Origin: Ylistrum balloti | Taxonomy: Eukaryota | DNA length: 64,000 nucleotides | Assembly (NCBI RefSeq): GCF_031769215.1 | Contig: NW_026782580.1 | Span: forward strand, 1,178,001-1,242,000 | Direction: 5' to 3' | In this document: positions 24,401 through 39,400 of the stretch, one piece after another | Position numbering within the stretch: position 1 is the stretch's first letter | Layout of the letters: each line of letters starts with the position of its first letter | Made by a program: the position numbers and the translations under genes | The notes under the pieces: generated by a model | What the model was told of the DNA's origin: nothing | The model's input: only the letters and a program-made list of their open reading frames with translations | Databases searched by the model: none

Positions 24401-27400
24401 TAATTCTAGCTAAGATAAATGCGAAGTTATACTCTGGACAAGAAATTTTAACAAAGGGCAATTACTCTGTAATCCAGAAGTTGAAGGCCCTGAATTTGGT
24501 ATAATGCTCATCATCTTAGTATGATCAATGTATACATTAAGTTTCATTCTTCTAGTTTTAATGCAAGTAAAATTATGCTCTGGTCAAGATGTTTTTAACA
24601 AAGGGTATTAACTCTATGACTAAGGGGTCAAGGGCCCTGAGTTTGGTACAATGCACATCACCTTAGCCTGATCAATGTATATACGAAGTTCCAGTTTAAA
24701 TGCAAGCAATTTAAAATTGTTCTCTGAATATGAAATTTCAACAAAAGGCAATAACTCTGCAATTGTGCAGTTGCAGCCCTGGAGTTTCAATTACCTACTG
24801 TAAATACGAGCAAAGTTATGCTCCGGACACAAAATTTTAACAAAGGGCAATGACTCTGTAATTGAAGTGTCTACCGTCTTGAATTTAGTACAATGACATC
24901 GCCTTTGAATGGCCAATGGATACAACAAGTTTCATGATCCTTGCTTAAATGTGGAGCAAGTCATGCTCCAGATACAAAAGGATGAACACAAAGACAGGCA
25001 GACAGATGGACAGACTGATGGATAGATGAAGAGGCGACTAAATGCTCACTCAAAAATTATCTGGGAGTATAAAAGTGAAAACACTCCTAGCTTTGGTGTC
25101 AATGTAAATATAGAGAATTTAGAATTACCTGGGCAATATGTAGTTATTGGATAGGAATATTAAGCAGAGTTTGAACTGATGGGCAACTACTATTTTTGCA
25201 GAAAATCCTATTTTTAATGCTAATTTGAACTGATTAGAAGTTTATCATAATTCCTACCAAGGATTGTTCAAAATCTGTAATTAAACAGCAGCATTCCTGT
25301 TTTGTCCTCTTTTTCTATCTAAATATACACTATTCATTCCTGTTAAAAGCTACCTTCCTCTCTTTCCAGATTTTGCTCCACATCCATGGATTCAGATTCC
25401 TGTGGGAGCACAAGGTCCCCGACTACTGGTCTCATCCCGAACTCTTGGATCCTGCGGGACACTACACAATTCCAAATATAGCTTTGATAACTATGGAGGT
25501 ACATTAGCCGTGTGTTCCTCGGTATCTGTAGAAGAAAGTTTGATATATTTTTCAAGCCCCAATATATGCAGGAACTGCAAAGCAGAAAATCTTGATTTGG
25601 CAATTTAATTTCCAAAGTTTAACAGCATCAATTGATGCCAACAATAACTGTGACCCCTTTTCTCTATTCTTCATTCTGACTCTCACTAACCATAGATAAC
25701 TCCAGAGAGTATTGTGTACCTGTTGGATGTTGCTATAGTTATTATACATCAGTCACAGTACCGAAGTCATGAATTCATGATGATCAAATCACAATCATGT
25801 AATAGGAGACATGCCCTTGTGTAACCACTAATTATAATCTCTTCTGACCAACACAATAAACTACAGACATAACACTTTTCTGAAAATCCCTTGGGCCTAC
25901 ACAGGCCAAATATTAACAAAATTTAACTGAATTATTACTTAATGCACATATTACAATGTAATATGCAGCTCAGATCTTATTTTCAAATATTAATTAGAAA
26001 CTTTTACTTTAAATACACATAAGGGAATCATGGATGGTTAGGTAGTTGACCTTCCACAGTAAAACTGATCGTTTACTTCACTCTATACCTCATCACACTG
26101 TTCTGTACATGACATCATACTTTTGATCTACTTTACGTAGAATGACCTTACCATTCCGAATGCACCACAGAAATTCCTACTGTTCTTCTTGAGGGCTGCC
26201 AGGAGGGTGCGCTCTATGGAATAACGTTTTGGGTAGACCTTAAGGGCAGCACTACAGTCTCGCTTTTCCCACCACACCCGGCGACATTCTGCAATCTCAC
26301 CATATTCTGGAACATATCACATGTAAAGTTTTATCTACACAATCATCATATCTAGCAAATCCATCTAAGTAATTCATATTTATTCAGTTTTCTGATCATA
26401 CTATGAATAATAATAATGTCTGTTTTGAGAAATAATGGTAATAATCCTGAATTCAATAGCATTTAAAAGCAAAACCATGGATGTTGACAGCAAGCCTCTG
26501 TGTTCAATTTTTTGTGTGCAGATGATTCAACAAATCAACAGATATAAATGTAAAAAAGTTCTGTCTTAGTTCTAGGCTAAAGTTTCAAGTTGTGACTACA
26601 TGCCTTTTTTTGTATCAAATGTTGACCAATTGGAAGTCACTTTCCCATGAAAAATATTTCCGATAATTTTGAAGACAGTGATTAAATCCCCTCTCATCCT
26701 GTAGTATTTCAGAGTGGGAATCTTTAGTGTGAGTATCCTCAGAGGTTCACTGTGTGGAAGATCCCTAAGCCTTAGGATAAGCTTGGTCGTCCGTCATTGG
26801 ACATTTTCAATGATCTGAATGTTTGTACATATTCCATGGACATGCTGCATATTCCAAGTGAGGCATGACTAAAGCCTTGATATTCCAAGTGAGGCATGAC
26901 TAAAGCCTTGATAAGTTATTGGAACATTGACTGTCTATCTAGTGTTAAAGATCTTCTGATTATACCAGGAAAAGAGTTTGCTTTGTTGACAGAACATTGG
27001 ATAAGAAAAAAAAAAAATTTCAAACACAAATACAGGATGGTCATCAGTCAGCCACTTTGCTTTACTGATCAGTCCCATAATCAAAAGGGTACAACTAGAT
27101 ACCATGGGAGCATAAATATCAAATTTGAGAAAGATCCCTCCAGAGCTTCTGAAGAAATGCAAAATCTTTCAGTGTCAAAATACAGGATAGTCACCTGACA
27201 GTCATTTAGATTTTCTGATCAGTCAAAAAATCAAAAGGACATCACTAAGGATCAAGTTAAAAAGTGTATAAGAAATTAAGAATGAACCGTCTAGTTCTCA
27301 GGAAAACGTAAAAACAAGGATTGCTTATGGACAGACAAGGGACGATGGACCATGTATCAAGGGTGATTTGAATAGCATATTATTCAACAAAGATGAATGG

Positions 27401-30400
27401 CTATTAGCCATCTCGTTTTTTAAATCAGTCCAAAAATGAACTTTGCACAACTAGGGACAAGGCAAACTCAAATGTGAAATTTTAGAATGATTAATCCTGT
27501 GCTTGTCAAGAAACAGCAACAAGAGCTGTTACTATATGGAAGATGAATATAGAGTGACTTAACCTGCTTACCATCTGATGATGGTGGGCTAAAAACATAG
27601 TTGTCCACAAAGTTCTTAGAAATTAAGTGTCTATACTAACATGGGACCTCCGTATACAGATCACTTATACTCTTTAATACAGGTCAACAAGTAACTTCTA
27701 TAAACTACAACAATCATATGGTGATGATTAGTAATTACGTACCCCAAGGCCGTGGTTTCATGATGAGGTTTACCGCCTCCTCCCATTCACTGTTCAGTAT
27801 TGCCCTGTAAATTAATCACAGAAATCTCATATCACACTCAGTAACACTATTGATAATCGCATAGATCTCAAAACAAAACTAACTGTAAAGTATAGTCTTG
27901 TGAGGTAATCCAACAGATTTCATATCCCAATTCCTGTAAAGTTTTGCCCTGTAAATCACACAGCTCTCATACACAACCCAATGTAAAATATAATCAACAA
28001 TATCTCATATCCCCCACACTATAAATTATCACCCCTTTAAACAATCAAACATATCTTATATCCCACTCACTATAAATTATCACCCCTTTAAACAATCAAA
28101 CATATCTCATATCCCACTCACTATAAATTATCACCCCTTTAAACAATCAAACATATCTCATATCCCACTCACTATAATGTATCACCCCTTTCAACAATCA
28201 AACATATCTCATATCCCACTCACTATAAAGTATCACCCCTTTCAACAATCAAACATATCTCATATCCCACTCACTATAAAGTATCACCCCTTTAAACAAT
28301 CAACCATATCTCATATCCCACACACTAAACAGTATCACCCCTTTCAACACAAACATATCTCATATCAAACTCCCTCTAGTGTCAGCCTCAGTAATAGTCA
28401 TACAAGTATACATCTCCTATTACGTGCCCTGTTAAGTATTGTCTAGTTACAAGATGACACTGTTAAGTATTGTATTAAAAATTATATTCAATACTTAAAT
28501 ATTATGATGATTAAGTTAAGAGAGCAATTAGTTAATTAATTATATCTCTAACGATATTGCTGTAAGGGGAAGTCTTTAAATCAATACAAAAACTGCAATC
28601 ACACTTATTGTTAATTTCTGAACTGTTTTATATTTATTTTTACACTAAAAGAAAAATACAACATGTTGCATTTATGGTAAACATCTCGATAATTTTGATC
28701 CAGATTTTGTTTTTGTAGCATTAAAAAAATGGCACTTCAAAACCAAATTGATCATAAATTTCCAAGAGATTTGGTGATGGTGCAAATCACTCTCCAATGA
28801 TTATGCTCTGGCTGTTCCAAATTTGAAGAGAAATAGGCATGCTCCATGCTGGAGAGTCAATACATTAAGTTGTAGTGTCAAGACACACTATCATGGAGTA
28901 ACATTGTTTAAACTTCATTCCTAAGTCCAATAAGATTGTACTGTGTAACAACTGCTTGGGAAGACTGTTGACTGATGACACAGCACTGCTATTTAACTTT
29001 TCTCATAAATGATACCAATATTGTTTCATCCGATTTTGATCTAGGTCCCAAACCAGTTTTAAGGTTTACATTGTAAATGAAATAAACAAGAAGTTTTCAA
29101 TAAACCATGAGAAATGTTTTAGAGTACGTACCTTCCTATGTGGTAAGTGGGAATGGATGTGGTGCCAAACCTTTGCATGCCAAAGTAGTTAATGAAGCCA
29201 TAGTCTCGAAGAGACATCATTGCCTTGTCAATCTTTAGGTTATCAGGCTCAGTTACATTCCTGTAACAACATGTATAGTCGATGGACAATTACCATAAAC
29301 AATGCAGTTATCGTCAAATAAACAGGATCAGTTTCTCTTCCTGTGATTTAAAACAGCTACATCCTAATGCACAAAGGTAAATTTTTCACTTTTCTGATTG
29401 TAAACATTCGCGATTGGACCCTGCCCTCCAGCCCTGAGGGGACCAGACCTGTCGTTTATACAATATCTCACATTTTGACGATAGAAAACTTGTTTATCTA
29501 CAGACTTATAAACCTTACCTTAGGACGATAAGTAACTTGCTTATCTATATATTTATAAATCTTACTTAAGGAGGATAGAAAGCTTGTTTATCTACCAATT
29601 TATAAATCATATCGCAGGACAATAGAAACTTGTTTATCTACGTATTTATAAATCTTACCTCAGGACGATAGAAAACTTGTTTCCACAGATCTGACCAAGT
29701 CGTAATGGTTTTTCAACATATCTATAATCACAAACAAGAACACGTTTGACTGCTTGCATTATGATTCGTATAACATTTTCCCTTCAAGATATTTACAATA
29801 ACTTCAACTCTGAAAACATAATCCAGATACAGATATATTAACGCAGATTAAAGGGACAACTACAAACAATAATAATAGAATTTTGGAAAATAAGTTCTTC
29901 TTAAATTCTCCACCCCATCCAACCCAACCCAGACCAAAGTAGGACAAAGCAGCTGAGAGGGGATTTACTCTCAGACCAAAGTAGGACACAACTACTGAGA
30001 GGGGATGACTCTCAGACCAAAGAAGGACAAAGCAGCTGAGAGGGGATTTACTCTCAGACCAAAGTAGGACAAAGTAGGTGAGAGGAGTTTTACTCTCAGA
30101 CCAAAGCAGGACACCGTAGCTGAGAGGGGATTTACTCTCAGACCAAAGAAGGACACGGTAGCTGAGAGTGGATTTACTCTCGGACCGAAGAAGGACACGA
30201 CTGCTGAGAGTGGATTTACTCTCAGACCAAAGAAGGACACGGTAGCTGAGAGTGGATTTACTCTCAGACCAAAGAAGGACACGGCAGCTGACAGGGCATA
30301 TACTCTCAGACCGAAGAAGGACATGACTGCTGAGAGGGGATGTACTCTAAGACCAAAGTATGACAAAGTAGCTTAGACGGGATGACTCTCAGACCAATAA

Positions 30401-33400
30401 TAGGACAAAGCAGCTGACAAGAAATGGACACTCAAACTAGAGTTACTTCTATAACCAGAAACAATACATTACCTGAAGTCTCCTAACTTCATATTCCAAA
30501 GGATTGGACTGACAGCTTGCAGTTTTTCTATTCGTAACCTGAAGGATAAAAAGTGTTTATCATGATTACATTGAAACCTAGTCAATAACAACAAAATAAC
30601 ATCAACTCTGCTATCATGGGCAATCATTTTCAGTCCCATTTTTCTTTAATACACAGTATGAACATATAATGGTATACATTGTTCACTTCAATTAAAACAA
30701 CTACCCCACTATTCTGTATATCAACCAATTCTTAGAGCCTTAACAACCACTAATTGATGGCAATTGATCCAACCATTATGATTAAGCTTTCATCAGTGGT
30801 CCCGTTTTCTTGGTGATTATCAAACTGGGACAAGTAGTATCTCCGTCTATTGTTTCGGACACAGGTTATTATGTCGTAATAAAGGACTTAAATGGGACAA
30901 GAGTTTGAAGGCTGATATAGCAACCTCAGACAGGCCTTTTGAGCAATCTATTGTTCTTTAAACATGTTTTGATTCATTGGAAAGTGTGACAGTAATCATT
31001 CTGAAGCCCTATTCTCTCACACAATTCTGCCACCAAATTCTTTTGTGTATGAAAAGATAGCAGTAGGCACTGACCAGAATAAGAAATCAAGAACATGGCA
31101 GACTATTCTACTTGAATCTTTACTTACATAAAAACCAACTAGGCCACGGGACATAGGCCACAGGACATCTTTCCACTAAGTTAGATGATTAGTGTGACAA
31201 TTTCCTTTTCCCTATTGTGAATTCTCCATTTATGCACAGCAACATACCTACTTCATTAACCAGTGTTATTTACATGTTGTGGTTGATTCTACATTCAAGG
31301 CTTGTTCACAATATCATGATTTCTGAGAAAAAGTTTTGACAGAGATAAACGTACACCATAGGGTTTTGAGAGATGAAGGTTGATGAAGACTGTGGTAAAG
31401 TTTATGGTGGTCATTGGTATCTGTTTAGAAAATATTCTACAGTTCTACAGTACAGGTTGATGAAGGCTTTGGGAATGTTTAGTGGTCACTATCATGATCT
31501 TGTTGGCAAATATTCTCTTTGCTTGTACAATGCTCATATATATACTTACTGTTTGGTTTCATTCTCATTTGAGAATGTGACATAACTTACTACGATTGAC
31601 AAAATATACATGAAGGGTGTTGCCAATGAACCAGAATATGCTTTCCATTCCAGCAACTGCTTCTATCATCCTAGTACTTTTGGAGAATCTGATTTGTATC
31701 ACACCATGGAGACAGACTTGTATCACACCATGGAGATAGACTTGTATCACACCATGGAAACAGACTTGTATCACACCATGGAGACAGACTTGTATCACAC
31801 CATGGAGACAGACTTGTATCACACCATGGAGACAGACTTGTATCACACCATGGAGACAGACTTATGCATGTATCACACCATGGGGACAGACTTATGTATG
31901 TATCACACCATGGAGACAGACTTGTATCACACCATGGAGACAGACTTGTATCACACCATGGAGACAGACTTGTATCACACCATGGAGATAGACTTGTATC
32001 ACACCATGGAGACAGACGTGTATCACACCATGGAGACAGACTTGTATCACACCATGGAGACAGACTTGTATTACACCATGGAGACAGACTTGTATCACAC
32101 CATGGAGATAGACTTGTATTTCACCATGGAGACAGACTTGTATTACACCATGGAGACAGACTTGTATCACACCATGGAGATAGACTTGTATCACACCATG
32201 GAGATAGACTTGTATCACACCATGGAGATAGACTTGTATTACACCATGGAGACAGATTTGTATTACACCATGGAGACAGACTTGTATTACACCATGGAGA
32301 CAGACTTGTATCACACCATGGAGATAGACTTGTATCACACCATGGAGATAGACTTGTATTTCACCATGGAGACAGACTTATGTATGTATCACACCATGGA
32401 GACAGACTTGTATCACACCATGGAGACAGACTTATGCATGTATCACACCATGGAGACAGACTTGTATTACACCATGGAGACAGACTTGTATTACACCATG
32501 GAGACAGACTTGTATCACACCATGGAGACAGACTTATGCATGTATCACACCATGGAGACAGACTTATGCATGTATCACACCATGGAGACAGACTTGTATC
32601 ACACCATGGAGACAGACTTGTATCACACCATGGAGACAGACTTATGCATGTATCACACCATGGGGACAGACTTATGTATGTATCACACCATGGGGACAGA
32701 CTTATGTATGTATCACACCATGGAGACAGTCTTATGCATGTATCACACCATGGGGACAGACTTATGTATGTATCACACCATGGAGACAGACTTATGTATG
32801 TATCACACCATGGAGACAGACTTGTATTACACCATGGAGACAGATTTGTATCACACCATGGAAACAGACTTGTATCACACCATGGAGACAGATTTGTGCA
32901 TGCATTACACCATGGAGACAGACTTATGCATGTATCACACCATGGAGACAGACTTATGTATGTATCACACCATGGAGACAGACTTGTATTACACCATAGA
33001 GATAGACTTGTATCACACCATGGAGACAGACTTGTATCACACCATGGAGATATACTTGTATTTCACCATGGAGACAGACTTATGTATGTATCACACCATG
33101 GAGACAGACTTGTATCACACCATGGAGACAGACTTATGTATGTATCACACCATGGAGACAGACTTGTATCACACCATGGAGACAGATTTGTATTACACCA
33201 TGGAGACAGACTTGTATTTCACCATGGAGACAGACTTATGTATGTATCACACCATGGAGACAGATTTGTATTACACCATGGAGACAGACTTGTATTTCAC
33301 CATGGGGACAGACTTATGTATGTATCACACCATGGAGACAGATTTGTATTACACCATGGAGACAGACTTGTATTTCACCATGGAGACAGACTTATGTATG

Positions 33401-36400
33401 TATCACACCATGGAGACAGACTTGTATTACACCATGGAGACAGATTTGTATTACACCATGGAGACAGACTTGTATCACACCATGGAGACAGACTTATGCA
33501 TGTATCACACCATGGGGACAGACTTATGTATGTATCACACCATGGAGACAGACTTGTATTTCACCATGGAGACAGACTTATGTATGTATCACACCATGGG
33601 GACAGACTTGTATCACACCATGGAGACAGACTTGTATTTCACCATGGAGACAGACTTGTATTACACCATGGAGACAGATTTGTATCACACCATGGAGACA
33701 GACTTGTATCACACCATGGAGACAGATTTGTATTACACCATGGAGACAGACTTGTATTACACCATGGAGACAGATTTGTATCACACCATGGAGACAGATT
33801 TGTATCACACCATGGAGACAGATTTGTGCATGCATTACACCATGGAGACAGACTTATGCATGTATCACACCATGGAGACAGACTTATGTATGTATCACAC
33901 CATGGAGACAGACTTATGTATGTATCACACCATGGAAACAGACTTGTATTACACCATAGAGATAGACTTGTATCACACCATGGAGACAGACTTGTATCAC
34001 ACCTTGGAGACAAATTTGTATTACACTACAGAAACAGACTTGTGCATGTATCACACCATGGAGACAGACTTATGTATGTATCACACCATGGAAACAGACT
34101 TAAATCTCACCATGGAAACCTACTTATATGCGGTGACTTCCTGTGTTGTTTTGGCTCGTCTGTCCTTTGTTCCACCATACTGGAAAATTCCTTTATTAAC
34201 ACTGCAATTGAAACAAAGATTAAACAACTGAAACAAAATACTCAAAAAACATAATAAACAATACACAACTTATCATTATAAAGACGACCATACAAGTGAC
34301 ACAACAACAGATCCCAAGGATCTTTGGGCCCACCATTGATTGATCGTTATGATCTTTAAAAGTTGAAGCTTTTGACAATCTTTTTTTCTTTCTCCTCTTT
34401 TTGCTCTTAATCATACAAAATTTGAAAATTCCTTCTAAGAAATCTTGATAATAATCCTTAATTGTTAAATCTGAGATGGCTATTGGCCAGTCATTATGTT
34501 TTTCTGATCAATTGAAAAATCAAATGGGAGCAACTTGGGACCAAAAAGAACCTACATTTGGAATTTTGAAGCACACATCCAGTACTTCTCCAGAAATAGT
34601 GATAACAAACTTTCAAAGTCAAAATCGAAACTGGCCACCAGTCAGCCATTTTGTTTTTCTAGTAAGTCCCAAAACCAAATGGGCCCAACAAGTAACCAAG
34701 GGAATCTACATATAAAAAAAGATCCAATAAGTATTTCTCGAGAAAAAGTAATAACAAGAACCGAGGATTGACAACTGACAAGGGACAACAGATGGACAGC
34801 CCACCACATGATAATGGTGGGCTAGAAATGGAACTGAAAAATATGCTATAATCAAGAGGGTCTTAGATATCACTCATCATAATACATTAACTTTTACTAC
34901 AAGCAGACAAGGTTTGATGCTTTTGGCTTTTTTCTGTGATAATTTCATGGCATTTTCTAAATTCAATGACCACATACACTCTGGAAGAAATAAGCTAACT
35001 ATAACAAAATAAGAAATTTTGATTACACCTTTTCATTGAACAACTACACATCAAAAAGTTCAATATCTCAATCTGTCAGAGAGTAATTGAATGAGAATCA
35101 AATTATGACAGTGGCGGCCAAGGGGCAACACTACAAACTGGCAATTTACATACACAAATTACTCTACAGTCTCAATATTAATTATGAATTTGTAAGTAAA
35201 TGTAAATCTAACAAAATGAGAAAAGATTAGACAGTTTAAAGCAAGCATTTTTGTCCTAATTTAAAGGACAGTTTAACGTATATATTCTCATCCTAAAATG
35301 TAGGACAGTTAAAAGCACACATTCTCATCCTGGGAAAATACTTATAACAGCATTCAATATGATAGAAGGAACAAGATTTTGAGAAAAACATTACACTTAC
35401 TGTAACATATGTGCAAGTTTAAAAATAGCATCCATAGTGTCCTTATTCTCCTTGTAGAGGGTGAAGCGACAGTAGTCTCCCTTGTCTCCACACCAGTTTC
35501 TCTTCTGGTGGTAACACCCCTGGCGATTACCTCCCTTGTGTTTAACTACAATTGCAACTACTGGTAGTTAATATGATATTTAGTAACTCTGACCAAGCAA
35601 GACCTGTATGTTTATGTTACAGTTACCATGTATGTAGAAATAAGTTAAATGTAAAGTATGATGGATCATGACAAGCTTATATACTACCAAAATCAAAGCA
35701 ATAGCATCTATCACAACACTGTGTAGTTACAGGATGGAGACTTTCATATTAATTTGTTTATCATAACATACACTCAACTTTATCATCCCAGACTGTTGGA
35801 CCATTAAATCAGCTGTTTGTTATATCCAATATAATCTCTGTTATTCATATGAGAATTTTCATTTAAAGTCCCGACACTTGTACATCATATAATTTAAAAC
35901 CTGTTTCTTATTTAGTGAATGATAAATACAGAGTAGTTTAACATTGATTGAAAGCATTCCAGAAATCATCTCAACATCAACCTCTTGTTACTCCTGAAGT
36001 TAAGTCTACTGTCAATTCTTATCCTACCTGATTTCTCAGCAATATCTTTCACATTTATTTAGTGAGACAACACTGAGGTGTGACATGAATACCTTTCTTT
36101 GATGCAGGGATTTTCTTGACTTGTATAACCTTCTTTCCGTCCACCTCCAGGGTGGTACTTTCCAGGTTAGGAAAGTTCATCCTAATGGATCTGTGAATCT
36201 GACACCTTTTCTCCTTGTCATCACTTGCCTACTGGTCAAAAACATCACTAAATATAAATATACCATGTAGATATGACTGATAAAAACTCAGTGGAAGCTT
36301 GCTAAGCCAATAATGAAGGAGTCAATACCAAAGGATGTTCAAATCCTGATGGATAAATGCAGTTTCAGCAAATCAATAATATACAACTCGTCTTTCTTTA

Positions 36401-39400
36401 CACAGATATGTTTACTACTTGAAATCTCTTACAAATAATTTCAACATATTTAAATAAAAATATTTTGTTAATGTTTCAAATTCATGTAACAATCATTGAA
36501 GGATATGTTGTAAAAAGAATTGTTTACCCTTTTTTCACATTAATATGATGGGAAAATACCGGTATCTGCTTACCCAAAAATATTTAGCAATAGTTCCCTC
36601 CTCCTCTCCCCTCCTCCCCCCACCCACCAACCCCCTCCCTGCCTCTGCCTATAAAAAAGAATCCATGACATTACTTTTTGTAAACTCCACTAAATCAACA
36701 CAAAATCTACATTGGATCCTCAGGTTCCACAATTCTATTCTATCTACATCTACACTACTTTGAATCATCAAGATCTCCAATTTGATGCAGTACTTTACCT
36801 GAAGTGTGACAGTAAAAGATTTGTCTGTAGAAACCAGAAGTTTGTTGAGTTCATCAACTTCAGCATCAGGGAGCTGGCTGCATTTGACAGGTGTTTGTTC
36901 AACAGGCTTTCCTGCCTCTTCGGGCTCCTTCATATCCAAAAATTAACCAAACATGACACATATATATACAATACTAATTACAGAGCAGAGACAACATCAA
37001 ATTGCAAAAAGTAACAAGGGATAAAGGGCAAAGAAACTGAGAAACAAGCAACGATCGTTATCAGTATGTCAGACTGCACACTCACCTGAACTTCAGTTGA
37101 TGGGAGATTTACAGTTTTGTCAGTCTCCAAGTTAGGTTCTGTCTTAGCTGAAGTGGCAGTCAAGTGAACCACCTCTCCATTTTCATTCACTTCATTTACA
37201 ATGAAATCGGAGAATCTGGAGTAAAGAGAGGATCAAGGGCCTTCTGAGTTATATAAATACTGTCATTTTTGTTATTGTGATACAGCTTAAAAATCACAAT
37301 GCATGTAAAATATGATAACTTAAACTTTATCCTGCATTATCATATTGGAGAAAGGCCATATCTATATCATACCTCACCAAGAATCTGTCAAAAATAACAC
37401 AATTTACAAAACACTTTAAGAATCTTCCTCTGTGTAGTTTTTCATTGTACTAAATCTGGGTCTGAAGAGAAAAAATTTCAGCAATTTGACCCCTATATAT
37501 ACATTAATTGGGTCCCAAGGGTCAAAATATACACACCAACCTAATGAATGTAACAAAAGTTAAATCATTTCAAACAGAAATTGAACAAAATATACTCAAA
37601 CAAGTTGCTTTCCTATATAAACTATCCCGTGTAGTAAAATTAAATAGTGTCTCAACAAGGCCAAATGTTAAAATGTGGAATCATGAAATTCACATTTTTG
37701 AAAAAAAAAACACATCTTAAAGACCATCTATGAACAGGTTTGAGAAGCAGTAAGTGAAAAATCTGAAGATTTGCTGACAATTCAAAAAGGTGATCCCTTA
37801 TATTAAGGAACCATCACTAAACAACTGTACAGGATAACATCACCACACTGTACGAGTAGTAACCAGTGTGGTTATGGATTGGTAGAATTTAAGGGACTAT
37901 GTTGGAAGTTCTGTCCTGTGTAAACCAGATACCTATCTAAATGACTAATGTAGCCATAGTTTGGTAGTATTTAAGTTTTAAGTTCTATCCTGTGTAAACC
38001 TATCTAAACATCTAATGTGGTCATGACTTGGTAGAAATAAAGTGTAACAGAGGTCATTTTTCCATCTCAATGCCTCCGCTAGGAATCGAACCCTGGCTTA
38101 CTAGTCTGACGCTCAACCAATCGAGCTAAAGAGAAGTTCTCTCTAGCCAAGTGGTATATTGTGGCTAGCATTTTACCAGGTTTACACATCCCCCTCCAGG
38201 ACAGGTGTGACAAGTGTCAGGGTGTTCACTAGTCTTTTCCATATTGTGAAGGGATCTGATTCTGTTTCAAAGTAAGTTATTTTCTATTGTTATTTTATAT
38301 GACATTGCAAAGTTGGTTTAGATGGTTATAATGCAGTTGCTTGTAACACTTCATTTGGTCTATTTAAAATATTATGGAACTTTGTAATTTCCTTGGAATC
38401 TAAAGTATTTTATGTAAGTTTAGTAGTTAAATTGAAGTTGGTATTATTTGGTTTGTCTTTATTGTACGTCATGTAGGGCCCTGTGCCACACACAGAGTGT
38501 CTTCTACTATCTGCTACTGTCCATTCACTAGTCAGTGATAATCGTCTGCTCGTCTGTATTGTCTGCTGTATGCCTAAGATATTATGCTGCTTTATATTTG
38601 ATATGTACCATATGTGTAATAAAGAACTCACTGATATTTACAACAACCGGGTTTGCCTAGTGTCTACAGACCACGCGGTTACAAAAGGAACTATTTTAAG
38701 TTCTATCCTGTGTAAACCAGACACCTATCTAAACATCTAATGTGGTCATGACTTGGTAGAACTTGAGGAACTGTTGTTAGTTCTATGCTGTGTAAACCAG
38801 ACACCTATCTAAACATCTAATGTGGTCATGACTTGGTAGAACTTGAGGAACTGTTGTTAGTTCTATGCTGTGTAAACCAGACACCTATCTAAACATCTAA
38901 TGTGGTCATGACTTGGTAGAACTTGAGGAACTGTTGTTAGTTCTATGCTGTGTAAACCAGATACCTATCTAAACATCTAATGTGGTCATGACTTGGTAGA
39001 ACTTGAGGAACTGTTGTTAGTTCTATGCTGTGTAAACCAGATACCTATCTAAACATCTAATGTGGTCATGACTTGGTAGAACTTGAGGAACTGTTGTTAG
39101 TTCTATGCTGTGTAAACCAGATACCTATCTAAACATCTAATGTGGTCATGACTTGGTAGAACTTGAGGAACTGTTGTTAGTTCTATGCTGTGTAAACCAG
39201 ATACCTATCTAAACATCTAATGTGGTCATGACTTGGTAGAACTTGAGGAACTGTTGTTAGTTCTATGCTGTGTAAACCAGATACCTATCTAAACATCTAA
39301 TGTGGTCATGACTTGGTAGAACTTGAGGAACTGTTGTTAGTTCTATGCTGTGTAAACCAGACACCTATCTAAACATCTAATGTGGTCATGACTTGGTAGA

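Noticed and set aside
31610-34254. 873-aa and 796-aa ORFs (YHTMETDL and HHGDRLVS repeats, superficially metal-binding or biomineral-like)
   Set aside because: Two frames are open only because units are 24 or 30 bp; they lie antisense within PUS7 intron 6 and across exon 6, with no signal peptide or splice support.
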